64,000 nt of DNA from a bacterium (GCA_965117045.1 OZ220749.1:2309817-2373816), one strand, 5' to 3'; shown: positions 26,874 to 36,984, counted from the first letter of the stretch. Translations and numbers: made by a program. The notes: generated by a model from the letters alone, not told the origin.

Positions 26874-29087
26874 TTATTGGTTTGAAGTGTTCTGGTCGTT
26901 CCCGATTACAAACTCCACGCTCACAATACCAGTCCGCTCGATCCGGTCACCCCTCGCACGGTGACTTCGAATGGGGAAATCGTCCACCTTCACGTGCTCC
27001 CGAGTCTCCTCTCCGGCCTCGGTATCTGCGTCTTGATCACCCGCGTCACGCTTGACGATCAGCACGATCTCCGGATCGGCCTCCGGCGTGAAGGCCAGGA
27101 GCGAGGAGTCGCCCGGCACGAGTTCGTAGAGCTGGTTGATCCGGCAGCGGTCCATGGTGCAGCGCTTGATGCAGGCGTAGCCTTCGAGATCGCGGTAGGC
27201 GACGGTGAAGACCTGTCCCGGTTCCTCCATGGCGCAGTACAGGATATCGAGGTCGACGTACATTTTGTCAAGGGTATTGTGGACGCCCGCGACCCCCCCG
27301 GAGCGCACGATCACGACGCGGTCGTAGAGGGAGACGTTGAAGAGGGGCCGGCCGCGCTCGATGGTGTAGCCCATGTACCCCGATTCGGTGTCGTAGCGGA
27401 GCACCAGATCGCGAGCTGCGGCGTCCCGTTCCTGCACCGGCGTGAAGGGCTTGACCTCCGAGCGGCGGGGGTGTTCGTCGCGGTAGCTTCGGATGAGCTG
27501 TTCCAGGAATCCGATGGCGAAATCCGTCAGGTGATGCAGGTTGTGGAGCACCGTCCTGAGCTGGCCTTCGATCTCCCGCATCTCGGCTTCGGCCCGGTCG
27601 ATGCCGTACCGCGTGATACGGTAGATCGGGATATCGAGGAGCCGGTCCAGGTCCTCCTTCGTCAGGCTGTCGGCCGTGATGATGTCTTCCACGGCGGCCA
27701 TGCGCCGCGTCGCGGTGAGCTCGTGGCGGATCGCCGCCAGCAGCGACCGCACCAGGCGGCGGTGCGCCTCCGGTCCATGGCCGACCGCGTCCAGGTTCCG
27801 GGCGATCATCTCCCGGCTCGGTCCGTAATGTTCGAAATCCAGGCTGCGGTACACGGTCGTCAGCAGGCTGCGGGCCGCGTCGCGGATCTCCGGCGGCGCC
27901 TCGTTGAGTTCGATCATGCCCCGGTCCACGGCGCGGGCCGTGGTCGATACGGGGCTGTACCGGGCGATAGCCTCGCGCACGGCGGTATATACACCCTCGA
28001 TGTCCTCGACGTCCTCGATTTCCTTGTATATACGGTTTTCGATGAAGACCTGCTCGAGCCTCCGGGCCCGGAGTTGGGCGCGCAGGTCACGCTCCTTGAT
28101 CTTCAGTTCGGCTTCGAGGATCTCGAGCAGCCGGTTCGTGCTGTGCCGGATCATGTCCGACACGGTCATCACGCGGGGATGGCCGTCGCTGATGACCAGC
28201 AGGTTGGCGGAGATGGCGACCTCGCAGGACGTGAAGGCGTACAGGCCGCGCAGGATGTCATCAATCTCCGCGTCAGGGTTCGTGCGGATCTCGATCTCCA
28301 CGTCGCCGGTGGTGTAGTCGGTCAGGCCCCGCACGGCAATGCGCTTCGACCGGGCGGCCTCCTCGATCGATTTCATCAGGCTTTCCGTCGTTTCGCCAAA
28401 GGGCAGCGCGCGGACCATGACCAGGCCTTCCTCGCGGGGCTCCAGCCGCGCGCGGGTATATACGCGCCCGTTTCCGTCCTCGTATTCGCTCACGTCCATG
28501 AGCCCGCCGGTGGCGAAGTCGGGGTACAGCTGGAAGGGCTCGCCCTTGAGGCAGGACACCTGGGCCTCCATGACCTCGATGGGGTTGTGGGGCAGGATGC
28601 GGGTGGACATGCCCACGGCGATGCCTTCGGCGCCGAGGATGAGCGCCACCGGCACCTTGGCCGGAAAGACCACCGGTTCGCGGGCACGCCCGTCGTAGGA
28701 GTCCACGTACTCCGTGATTTCCGGGCTGAGCAGCACTTCCCGGGCGAGGGGCGTGAGCCGGCATTCGATGTAGCGCGCGGCCGAGGCCTGGCCGCCCGTG
28801 AGCACCGATCCGAAATTGCCCTGCTTGTCGATGAACAGGTCCTTGTTGGCGAGCGAGACCAGGGCGCCGAAGATGGACTGGTCGCCGTGGGGATGGAACC
28901 GCATGGTCTGGCCGACGACGTTGGCCACCTTGTGGTACTTGCCGTCGTCGATCTCGAAGAGGGTGTGGAGGATGCGGCGCTGAACGGGTTTCAGGCCGTC
29001 GTCGATTTCCGGAATCGCCCGGTTCTTGACGACGTAGGTGGCGTATTCGAGGAAGTAGCGGTCGTATAGGGTTTCGACGTCGGCCAA
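26874..29087 (-). CDS. Type IIA topoisomerase subunit A (ParC/GyrA-like, 737 aa)
   Basis: LKPVQRRIL...HPHGD...AARYIECRL carries the catalytic Tyr. At 737 aa the length is closer to ParC than to GyrA. Confidence 0.8.
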   Translation of the reverse strand: MADVETLYDRYFLEYATYVVKNRAIPEIDDGLKPVQRRILHTLFEIDDGKYHKVANVVGQTMRFHPHGDQSIFGALVSLANKDLFIDKQGNFGSVLTGGQASAARYIECRLTPLAREVLLSPEITEYVDSYDGRAREPVVFPAKVPVALILGAEGIAVGMSTRILPHNPIEVMEAQVSCLKGEPFQLYPDFATGGLMDVSEYEDGNGRVYTRARLEPREEGLVMVRALPFGETTESLMKSIEEAARSKRIAVRGLTDYTTGDVEIEIRTNPDAEIDDILRGLYAFTSCEVAISANLLVISDGHPRVMTVSDMIRHSTNRLLEILEAELKIKERDLRAQLRARRLEQVFIENRIYKEIEDVEDIEGVYTAVREAIARYSPVSTTARAVDRGMIELNEAPPEIRDAARSLLTTVYRSLDFEHYGPSREMIARNLDAVGHGPEAHRRLVRSLLAAIRHELTATRRMAAVEDIITADSLTKEDLDRLLDIPIYRITRYGIDRAEAEMREIEGQLRTVLHNLHHLTDFAIGFLEQLIRSYRDEHPRRSEVKPFTPVQERDAAARDLVLRYDTESGYMGYTIERGRPLFNVSLYDRVVIVRSGGVAGVHNTLDKMYVDLDILYCAMEEPGQVFTVAYRDLEGYACIKRCTMDRCRINQLYELVPGDSSLLAFTPEADPEIVLIVKRDAGDQDADTEAGEETREHVKVDDFPIRSHRARGDRIERTGIVSVEFVIGNDQNTSNQ

Positions 29088-29419
29088 GTTCGGACCCCGG
29101 CAGTGGCTGGAACACGTATCGGTTTCCGTACGAATGCGAACCGGAATCTGTACGGGCGCGAATCAGATTCCGGGTGAATAAAGCAATCGCTGCATTGAAC
29201 TTATACGATTTCGGGTCGGATTACAATACATTTGTACCGGTGTCCTGCGGTAAGGGTTGCCCACGGACCCGTTCGCATGCATAATGGACCTGATTGCACG
29301 TGGTGATTCCGCCACCTGGCCCGGGGACCTGTCGAACCGGCCAACCACTGACCGAGACTACCGGACCGAGACCACCGGACGAGACCACCGGACGAAACGA
29401 ACCAGGGAGCCTCATTTCC

Positions 29420-31279
29420 ATGCCTTCCCACTGGGTACGAATCGAAGAAGGTATCTACCGATTTCAGGACAGTTGCGTCGTGTACGCCGTCGAAGGGCCG
29501 GAGGGCCTTGTGCTGGTCAACGCCGGCACCGGCGAGGCCGCGGATCATCTCGAAGAGATCGCGGGCGGCAGGCCGGTGACGGTCCTGCTCACCCATCACT
29601 TCCGCGACCACACGGACGGCGCCATCAGGTTGCGCGAGAAGGGGGCCCGGATCCTCGGTCCGTACTGGGACCAGGAGTACCTTGTAGATCCCGATCAGCA
29701 CTTCCGCGAACGGCAGCACTGGAACTCCTACGACAACCGGTGGGACCGCTTCTCGCCCGTCCGGCCCGTGCCGGTCGACAACTGGATGATGGATTACGAG
29801 ACGCGCGGCATCGCGGGACTGTCGTGGGAGGTCGTGCCCACGCCGGGTATGACCAACGGCGCGAGCAGCTACGTCGTGACCGTGGGCGGCCGGCGCATCG
29901 GATTCGTCGGGGAAGTGATCTGCGGGACCGGGAAGACGACCCGCCTGGCGCCCCTGCAGTACAACTACAATGACTACACCGGCGCGTGGAACCTGTACCA
30001 CGCGGCTAACCGCCTGCGCGCTACCGGGGCGGACCGGCTGCTCCCGAGCCTGGGGGACCCGGTAGACGACCCGGCCCGCGCCATTGCGGCCTTCAAGGAG
30101 AACCTGAAGCGTCTCGAGGAGATCCAGCCCGGCGTCGCCGAACCGATGGAGGATCCGGACGAGGACGACATCGAAGAGGTCCTGACCCACCTGTACCGCT
30201 CGAAGTATGCCGGGGCAGAGACCCATTTCGTGCTCAGCGACACCGGCAAGGTCATGTCCATCGACTACGGCTACAACCTGAAGACCGGGTTCCGGCCCGG
30301 CAAGTCGCATGTATCCAACCGAAGGCCGATCCTCCACGGCATCAGCGGGCTGAAGAAGCGCTTCGGGATCGACCGGATCGACGCGACGCTCGTCTCCCAT
30401 TTCCACGACGACCACGTCAACGGCATCCCCATGCTCCAGCGTCTCTACGGGACGGAGGTCCTGGCGGGCAAACAGTTCAGCGACCTGCTCGAGCACCCGG
30501 TGAAGTACGACCGGCCCTGTCTCTGGCACGAGCCGATCCGGGTGGGCCGGCACTTCCCCAACGGGACAACGGTCCACTGGGAGAACATCCCCATCACGCT
30601 CTATCCCATGTCGGGGCACACCCGCTTCGCCACGATGATCTGCATGGAGATCGACGGCACTCGCGTGGTCCACACGGGCGACCAGGCCTTCTTCGAAGTG
30701 GAAGGCGGCGTGGGCTACCAGGCCGGCGCCCGCATGTTCACGAACCACGTCTACAAGAACGGGCTCGATCTGGGGTGCTACAAACGGTTCCTGGAAGACC
30801 TGAAGCGCTTCGAGCCCGAACTGGTGATCACGGGCCATACGCGACCCTACCACACGTCCCCCGAATGGTATGCCGAGATCGGCCGGGCCGCAGAGGCCTT
30901 CGACGACGTGCACACCACGCTCATGCTGCTGGCGGACGACGAAGCCCACTTCGGCGCCGAGTCCCAGGGCGGCAAGCTCGTGCCTTATCGGGCCCACGCG
31001 CCCGAGGGCGGACCGATCGAATTCAGCGGCTGGGTGCTCAATCCCTTCCCCACGGAGCAGCCGGCCCGCATCCGGCTGGTGGGACCCGATGGCTGGCAGA
31101 GCGAGACGGTGACCCTGTCCCTGGGACCGCGGGAACAGAAGGAGATCCGCCTGGTGCTTCACGTACCGGAGGGCACGCAATGCCGGCGGCAGCCCGTGGC
31201 GCTGAACCTGACCGTGGGCGGGCGGCCCTTCGGGCAGGTGACCGAAGCCCTGGTGACGGTGGGGATGCCGAAGTGGTGA
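29420..31279 (+). CDS. Tandem metallo-beta-lactamase-fold hydrolase with C-terminal beta-sandwich domain
   Basis: Two MBL motifs, LLTHHFRDHTDG and VSHFHDDHVNG. Probable start is the ATG at 29420 (MPSHWV), with AGGGAG upstream; the track ORF begins at 29294. Confidence 0.7.
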   Translation: MPSHWVRIEEGIYRFQDSCVVYAVEGPEGLVLVNAGTGEAADHLEEIAGGRPVTVLLTHHFRDHTDGAIRLREKGARILGPYWDQEYLVDPDQHFRERQHWNSYDNRWDRFSPVRPVPVDNWMMDYETRGIAGLSWEVVPTPGMTNGASSYVVTVGGRRIGFVGEVICGTGKTTRLAPLQYNYNDYTGAWNLYHAANRLRATGADRLLPSLGDPVDDPARAIAAFKENLKRLEEIQPGVAEPMEDPDEDDIEEVLTHLYRSKYAGAETHFVLSDTGKVMSIDYGYNLKTGFRPGKSHVSNRRPILHGISGLKKRFGIDRIDATLVSHFHDDHVNGIPMLQRLYGTEVLAGKQFSDLLEHPVKYDRPCLWHEPIRVGRHFPNGTTVHWENIPITLYPMSGHTRFATMICMEIDGTRVVHTGDQAFFEVEGGVGYQAGARMFTNHVYKNGLDLGCYKRFLEDLKRFEPELVITGHTRPYHTSPEWYAEIGRAAEAFDDVHTTLMLLADDEAHFGAESQGGKLVPYRAHAPEGGPIEFSGWVLNPFPTEQPARIRLVGPDGWQSETVTLSLGPREQKEIRLVLHVPEGTQCRRQPVALNLTVGGRPFGQVTEALVTVGMPKW

Positions 31280-31353
31280 GGCAGCCAGGGTCGTTGTGCA
31301 GTTTATTCGTGTAATCTATCACCGGATTTACAGCCACTCGAAAGGACACCTCC

Positions 31354-32436
31354 ATGATCGGTCAGACCAGCCTGGCGTCGCTGCCCTCGCTACGCGCCTA
31401 TGACAGCCGCCGTATTTCCAGCTGGAATACCTCCGGAGAAAACGCCGATTTCTGGCGCATCGAAGCCGGCGAGAAACACGTCATCGGCGAAATCAACGGA
31501 CCGGGATGCATCAAGCATATCTGGATGACGCTCGGGCTCCCGACCGAGGACTACTGCCGGCGTATCGTGCTGCGTATATTCTGGGACGGCTGCACCGAAC
31601 CGAGCGTGGAGTGCCCCATCGGCGATTTCTTCGGGCTCGGCCATGGCATGCGGAAGGATTTCATCACCGCGCCGCTGCAGATGAGCCCGCAGGACGGCAA
31701 GGGGTTCAACGCCTGGTGGCCCATGCCCTTCCGGGAGAAGGCCGTGATCGAAGTGGAGAACCAGGGGACCGAGGGATACAACCACTATTTCTACATCGAT
31801 TACGAGACGTATCCCACGGTTGAAGCGGTGGCGGACCAGGCGTACTTCCACGTGCAGTGGCGCCGTGAAGCCGACACGAAGGGCTGGGCCTTCGAGGAAG
31901 GGCTCAAGCCGGAGGCCTACCGGAACGATCCGCGCTGGGCGAATTTGAGCGAGCAAGAAAACTACGTCATCTGCGACGTCGAGGGCAACGGCGTCTACTG
32001 CGGCGCCCATCTGGATATCGACTGCTTTCAGCGGAACCCGAACGACTGGTACGGCGAAGGCGACGACATGATGTTCATCGACGGCGAGGCCTGGCCTCCG
32101 TCGCTGCACGGGACCGGCACGGAGGACTGGTACCATTGCGCCTACTGCCCGACGGACGAGTACAACGCGCCTTATCACGGCATTATCCTGTACAGCGGAA
32201 GCGATGAATGGCGGTGGAAGGGCAAGAACACGGTCTACCGCTACCATATCGAGGATCCGATCCGGTTTCGGAAGAGCTTCAACATTTCCATCGAGCACGG
32301 ACACGCCAACAAGCTGAGCAACGACTACGCGAGCACGGCCTACTACTACCTGTCCGAGCCGCGGCGGGGCGGCCCGGCCCTGTTGCCGGTCGAGAAGCGT
32401 CTGCCGCGTCCGGACGAGCCTAAGTACGGCGAGTGA
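31354..32436 (+). CDS. DUF2961 / glycoside hydrolase family 172-like protein, paralog 1
   Basis: About 360 aa with GPGCIKHIWMT, GDDMMFIDGE and HGTGTEDWYH. Assigned to DUF2961 from memory. Confidence 0.45.
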   Translation: MIGQTSLASLPSLRAYDSRRISSWNTSGENADFWRIEAGEKHVIGEINGPGCIKHIWMTLGLPTEDYCRRIVLRIFWDGCTEPSVECPIGDFFGLGHGMRKDFITAPLQMSPQDGKGFNAWWPMPFREKAVIEVENQGTEGYNHYFYIDYETYPTVEAVADQAYFHVQWRREADTKGWAFEEGLKPEAYRNDPRWANLSEQENYVICDVEGNGVYCGAHLDIDCFQRNPNDWYGEGDDMMFIDGEAWPPSLHGTGTEDWYHCAYCPTDEYNAPYHGIILYSGSDEWRWKGKNTVYRYHIEDPIRFRKSFNISIEHGHANKLSNDYASTAYYYLSEPRRGGPALLPVEKRLPRPDEPKYGE

Positions 32437-32500
32437 TGGACGACTTACGGCATCGCCGCGTCGGGACGAGCCGCGGCCATTCATCCGCAAAGGAGGATCC

Positions 32501-33580
32501 ATGATCGGCCAGACCAGCCTGGCGTCGCTGCCTGCGCTGCGTACGTACAAGAGCCACCGGATTTCGAGCTGGGACACGACGGGCGCCAACACCGATGCCT
32601 GGCGGATCGAGGCCGGTGAGAAACGCGTGATCGGGCAGATTGACGGCCCGGGTTGCATCAAGCATATCTGGATGACGCTCGGGATCCCGTCCGAGGACTA
32701 CTGCCGCCGTATCGTGCTGCGTATGTACTGGGACGGTTGCGCGGAACCGAGCGTGGAGTGTCCCATCGGCGATTTCTTCGGCCTGGGTCACGGCATGCGC
32801 AAGGATTTCATCACCGCGCCGCTGCAGATGAGCCCGCAGGACGGCAAGGGATTCAACGCGTGGTGGCCCATGCCTTTTCAGAAAAAAGCCGTGCTGGAAG
32901 TGGAAAACCAGGGCGACGAAGGCTACTTCCATTACTTCTACATCGACTACGAGGCCTATCCCACCGTTGACGCGGTGGCCGATCAGGCTTATTTTCACGT
33001 GCAGTGGCGCAGGGAAGCCGACACGAAGGGCTGGGCCTTCGAGGAAGGACTCAAACCCGACGAGTATCGGAACGACCCGCGCTGGCAGAACACGAGCGAC
33101 GAGGATAACTACGTCATTTGCGACGTCGAGGGCGACGGCATCTATTGCGGCGCCCACCTGGACATCGACTGCTTTCAGCGGAACCCGAACGACTGGTACG
33201 GCGAAGGCGACGATATGATGTTCATCGACGGCGAGGCCTGGCCGCCGTCGCTCCACGGAACCGGTACCGAGGACTGGTATCACGGCGCGTACGGCCCGAC
33301 GACGGAGTTCCAGGCCCCATACCACGGGATCATTCTCTACAGCGGGAACCCCGAATGGAGGTTCAAGGGCAAGAACACCGTGTACCGGTATCACGTTGAA
33401 GATCCGATCCGGTTTCGCAAAAGTTTCCGCATGTCCATCGAGCACGGCCATGCGAACAAGCTGAGCAACGACTACGCCAGCACCGCGTACTATTACCTGT
33501 CCGAACCACGGGCCGGCGGACCGGATCTGCTGCCGGTCGTAGACCGCCTGCCGCGGCCGAACGAGGAGCGGTACGGGTGA
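32501..33580 (+). CDS. DUF2961 / GH172-like protein, paralog 2 (tandem duplicate)
   Basis: About 85% identical over 359 aa to the gene immediately upstream, by direct comparison of the translations. Confidence 0.45.
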   Translation: MIGQTSLASLPALRTYKSHRISSWDTTGANTDAWRIEAGEKRVIGQIDGPGCIKHIWMTLGIPSEDYCRRIVLRMYWDGCAEPSVECPIGDFFGLGHGMRKDFITAPLQMSPQDGKGFNAWWPMPFQKKAVLEVENQGDEGYFHYFYIDYEAYPTVDAVADQAYFHVQWRREADTKGWAFEEGLKPDEYRNDPRWQNTSDEDNYVICDVEGDGIYCGAHLDIDCFQRNPNDWYGEGDDMMFIDGEAWPPSLHGTGTEDWYHGAYGPTTEFQAPYHGIILYSGNPEWRFKGKNTVYRYHVEDPIRFRKSFRMSIEHGHANKLSNDYASTAYYYLSEPRAGGPDLLPVVDRLPRPNEERYG

Positions 33581-33654
33581 AGCGACACTGAGACCGGGGC
33601 GGCTGGAATCAGATGGAATAGCGGACGACGAGCGTCCAATTTACGGAGGTCCAA

Positions 33655-34509
33655 ATGTTAACCCAGCAGCAGGTTGAATTCTATCACGAGAACGGTTACA
33701 TGACCGTCGAAAAGGTGCTTTCGGATGCAGAAGTCGCGGATCTGCAGCGGGTGACCGACGAATTTGTCGACAAGGCGCGGATCGTCACCGAGCACACGGA
33801 TCTTTACGACCTCGAGCCCGGACACTCGGCGGATGATCCGCAGGTGCGCCGCCTCAAGAGCCCGATCGAGCACCACGACGTGTACATGCGCACCATCAGG
33901 CACGACGGGATCCTCGACATCGTAGCCCAGTTGATCGGCGACGGCATTCGGACCAACGGCAACAAGCTCAATATGAAGTCCGCGGACTACGGCAGCCCGG
34001 TGGAATGGCACCAGGACTGGTCCTTTTATCCCCATACCAACGACGATATCCTGGCCGTCGGCGTCTGCATCGATGAAATGACCGAAGCCAACGGCGCCCT
34101 GCTGGTGGTGCCGGGCTCCCACAAGGGGCCCACCTACGACCACCACCAGGACGGCCGGTTCTGCGGCGCGGTGACCGATCCCGACTTTACCCCGGAAAAC
34201 GTCGTGGCGCTCGAAGTGCCCGCGGGAGGGATATCCATCCATCACGTCCGGACGCTGCACGGTTCGGCGCCGAACTATTCCGGCGCGCCGCGGCGCCTGC
34301 TCCTGTTCCAGTACGCCGCCGCCGACGCCTGGCCATTGTCCGGTGCGGGCGAATGGGACGACTTCAACAGGAACCTGCTCCGGGGCGAACCGACCAACGT
34401 GCCGCGCATGGCCGACCTGCCCGTCCGCATGCCCAGTCCCGGACCGGTTAGAGGCGGCTCGATCTACGAGACCCAGTCGGTCCTCGAAAAAAAGACCTGG
34501 GCCCGGTAG
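33655..34509 (+). CDS. Phytanoyl-CoA dioxygenase (PhyH) family protein
   Basis: WHQDWSF...GSHKGP...HHVRTLHGS, the facial triad in PhyH context. Confidence 0.6.
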   Translation: MLTQQQVEFYHENGYMTVEKVLSDAEVADLQRVTDEFVDKARIVTEHTDLYDLEPGHSADDPQVRRLKSPIEHHDVYMRTIRHDGILDIVAQLIGDGIRTNGNKLNMKSADYGSPVEWHQDWSFYPHTNDDILAVGVCIDEMTEANGALLVVPGSHKGPTYDHHQDGRFCGAVTDPDFTPENVVALEVPAGGISIHHVRTLHGSAPNYSGAPRRLLLFQYAAADAWPLSGAGEWDDFNRNLLRGEPTNVPRMADLPVRMPSPGPVRGGSIYETQSVLEKKTWAR

Positions 34510-34588
34510 CCGACCTGCGTCATGAAGAACGCAGTCTGGCAGCCGACCTGTGTCATGAAGAACGCGGCCCGGTAAAGGACGCGGAGCG

Positions 34589-35125
34589 GTGAACGACTCG
34601 GCCCATCTTGAATCGGAACGATCGGACCAGGAAGGCCATGCCGTCCAGCGCCATCCCATTCTGTTTTTCGATGGCTTGTGCGGCCTTTGCAACCGGTTCG
34701 TCGACTTCATGTTGAAGGCGGATAACCGGAATCGGTTTCTATACGCACCGCTTCAGGGTGAAACCGCACGACGCCTGCTGTGGATGGACGGCGAGGCCGG
34801 AGACCACCAGGCCAACGACCCGCCGCCAGGCGGTCCCCAAGGCGGCTCCCAGGGCGGTCCCGAGACGGGCGGCCTCCAGGCGGACGGTCCCCGGTCTTTC
34901 ATTTTCCTCGAAAAAGACGCGTTTTACGAACAGTCCAATGCCGTTCTGCTGGCCATGAGGCGTCTGGGCGGCGGATGGCGGCTGATCGCCGTGCTCTACG
35001 TATTCCCACGGCCACTTCGCGATTTCGTCTATCGCATCATCGCGCGTAACCGGTATCGCTGGTTCGGCCGGCGCGACGCGTGCAGGCTGCCCACGCCCGA
35101 AGAGCGCGATCGGTTCCTGTCGTGA
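34589..35125 (+). CDS. DCC1-like thiol-disulfide oxidoreductase (DUF393) with low-complexity insertion
   Basis: PILFFDGLCGLCNRFVDFM is the DUF393 CxxC signature. A G/P/Q-rich insertion is encoded by imperfect repeats at about 34789-34880. Confidence 0.6.
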   Translation: MNDSAHLESERSDQEGHAVQRHPILFFDGLCGLCNRFVDFMLKADNRNRFLYAPLQGETARRLLWMDGEAGDHQANDPPPGGPQGGSQGGPETGGLQADGPRSFIFLEKDAFYEQSNAVLLAMRRLGGGWRLIAVLYVFPRPLRDFVYRIIARNRYRWFGRRDACRLPTPEERDRFLS

Positions 35126-36003
35126 CCACCCGATTCACTTCCGATTATCATCCCTTCGTGACCCCTGACCAGGTCAACGCGCTTCCGAGCAAGCCCGCGG
35201 AGGTCCGATCCAGGTACGGGCCAGCGCCTGCCCAGTTCGGTGAATTGCGGCTGCCGTCCGGGCGAGGCCCTCATCCTGTGGCCGTGGTCATGCACGGGGG
35301 ATGCTGGCTGTCGATTTACGCCGACCTGCGCAACGCGGACGCGCTGGCCGACGCCTTGCGGGACGAGGGCATCGCGACCTGGAACGTGGAATACCGTTGC
35401 GTGGACCAGGAAGGCGGCGGATGGCCGGGGACTTTTCTGGACGCCGGGCACGCGGTAGACCACCTGCGTGCGCTGTCCGCCGATCACGACCTGGATCTGG
35501 ACCGCGTGATCACCATCGGTCATTCGGCGGGCGGTCACCTGGCGCTCTGGACGGCCGCGCGCCACCGGCTGCCCGGGGAAAGCCCGCTCTGGACTGCGGA
35601 CCCGTTGCCGTTGCGTGGGACGGTCGTACTGGCCGGTCCTGGCGATCTGAAGCGTTTCGCTCCCCATGCGGATGCGGAATGCCGGCAAGGCGTCGTATCG
35701 GAACTGCTTGGCAGCCCTGGCGTATCATCCGGAGAGATCGATGAGCCTGTGGAAGAGCGGTTTCGATGCGGATCGCCCGTGGAACTGCTGCCCCTTGGTG
35801 TGCGGCAGGTCATGATCAGCACGCAACACGACTGGGTCGTGCCGCCCGATCTGGGTGAGGCCTACGCGGCCGCGGCCCACGCGACCGGCGATCCCGTCGA
35901 TCACATCATCATCCCGAACGCCGGTCACCACGAACCCATGGTTCCCGATTCCGTGGCATGGCCCGCTGTACGCCAGGCCGTGCAATCGTTACTCGGCACC
36001 TGA
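35122..36003 (+). CDS. Alpha/beta hydrolase (esterase/lipase-type)
   Basis: HGGCW is the oxyanion HGG motif and GHSAGGHLA is the nucleophile elbow GxSxG. Likely GTG start at 35122 overlapping the previous stop as GTGA; the track ORF starts at 35080. Confidence 0.6.
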   Translation: MTTRFTSDYHPFVTPDQVNALPSKPAEVRSRYGPAPAQFGELRLPSGRGPHPVAVVMHGGCWLSIYADLRNADALADALRDEGIATWNVEYRCVDQEGGGWPGTFLDAGHAVDHLRALSADHDLDLDRVITIGHSAGGHLALWTAARHRLPGESPLWTADPLPLRGTVVLAGPGDLKRFAPHADAECRQGVVSELLGSPGVSSGEIDEPVEERFRCGSPVELLPLGVRQVMISTQHDWVVPPDLGEAYAAAAHATGDPVDHIIIPNAGHHEPMVPDSVAWPAVRQAVQSLLGT

Positions 36004-36056
36004 GACGATCGGAGCCTGAGACGATCGGCGCCTGAGACGATCGGCGCCTGAGACTG
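35999..36056. repeat. 3.5 x 16-bp tandem repeat (cctgagacgatcggNg) spanning the stop codon of the hydrolase gene
   Basis: Read directly from the sequence. The stop TGA at 36001-36003 lies inside copy 1. Confidence 0.7.
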
Positions 36057-36114
36057 CCTGCAGGTCCAGTTTATATCTGCCAGCAGGTCCGGTCCTTAAT
36101 GGAAAGGCCAGGAT

Positions 36115-36504
36115 ATGCCCAACATCACGGTAAGACCCGACTGCAATAACGCACCGAAGAAGGCGTTGTTGCGAGACTTCATCTCCGCTTTCGCGAACGC
36201 CGATATCGACGGCATCCTGTCGCCGATGAGCGATGATATCGTCTGGAACCTGGTGGGCGACAGCGTGATCGAGGGAAAAGAAAATGTTCGCGCATTGCTG
36301 GAGGCGATGCAAGGTATTGGAACGAGCGACCTGGTCATCGAATCCATCATCACCCATGGCCGGGAGGCCGTGGTCAACGGCGTGATCCGGTCGAACTCGG
36401 GCCAGGCCCACGCCTTCTGCGACGTCGTTCGGTTTACCAGCGCGGGGAGCATGAAGATAAAGACCATGACCTCCTACTCGATTGCCATAGACGAGAAAGG
36501 TTAG
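36115..36504 (+). CDS. SnoaL/NTF2-like domain protein
   Basis: Size and hydrophobic pattern are typical of NTF2-like small proteins. Weak call. Confidence 0.35.
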   Translation: MPNITVRPDCNNAPKKALLRDFISAFANADIDGILSPMSDDIVWNLVGDSVIEGKENVRALLEAMQGIGTSDLVIESIITHGREAVVNGVIRSNSGQAHAFCDVVRFTSAGSMKIKTMTSYSIAIDEKG

Positions 36505-36507
36505 GCC

Positions 36508-36984
36508 GTGCAAAAGATCGTCACCAATCTCTGGTTCGACGGGCGCGTGGAAGAAGCGCTGGATCTCTATACCTCCCTCCTGCGCGATTCGCGTGTCCTC
36601 GGCATCACCCGGTACAATAATGCCGGCATGGGCACGCCGGGAGATATCATGACCGCGAACTTCGAACTGTCGGGGCAGGTATTCACGATCATCAATGGCG
36701 GCCCCCATTTTCAGCACAGTCCGGCCATGTCCCTTTGCGTCAGCTGCGTCGACCAGGACGAGGTGGACAGGTTGTGGGAGGGGCTGACTTCCGGTGGTGG
36801 CAAAGAAAGCCGCTGCGGCTGGCTGGTCGACCGTTTCGGCGTCTCCTGGCAGATCATCCCTGCGCGACTCGGCGCGATGCTGGGCAGCGACGACGCGGCG
36901 GCCGTCGAGCGGGTAACGGCGTCGTTTCTGAAGATGAATAAGCTCGACATTGCCGAACTGGAAAAGGCCTTCCGCGATGCGTAG
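36508..36984 (+). CDS. VOC-family (PhnB-like / 3-demethylubiquinone-9 3-methyltransferase-domain) protein
   Basis: NLWFDG...FTIINGGPHFQ...GWLVDRFGVSWQI is characteristic of PhnB-like VOC proteins. Confidence 0.55.
   Translation: MQKIVTNLWFDGRVEEALDLYTSLLRDSRVLGITRYNNAGMGTPGDIMTANFELSGQVFTIINGGPHFQHSPAMSLCVSCVDQDEVDRLWEGLTSGGGKESRCGWLVDRFGVSWQIIPARLGAMLGSDDAAAVERVTASFLKMNKLDIAELEKAFRDA

Noticed and set aside
26086-31180. Large antisense ORFs (26086..26838 -, 26961..29069 +, 29201..31180 -) across xth, topoisomerase and MBL genes
   Set aside because: Each is antisense or off-frame to a gene with strong family signatures; the composition is that of a non-coding frame in high-GC sequence.
31390-34710. 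Antisense ORFs of 343-423 aa across the DUF2961 paralogs and the PhyH gene
   Set aside because: Mirror-strand artefacts. The sense-strand proteins are conserved paralogs; the antisense ones are not.
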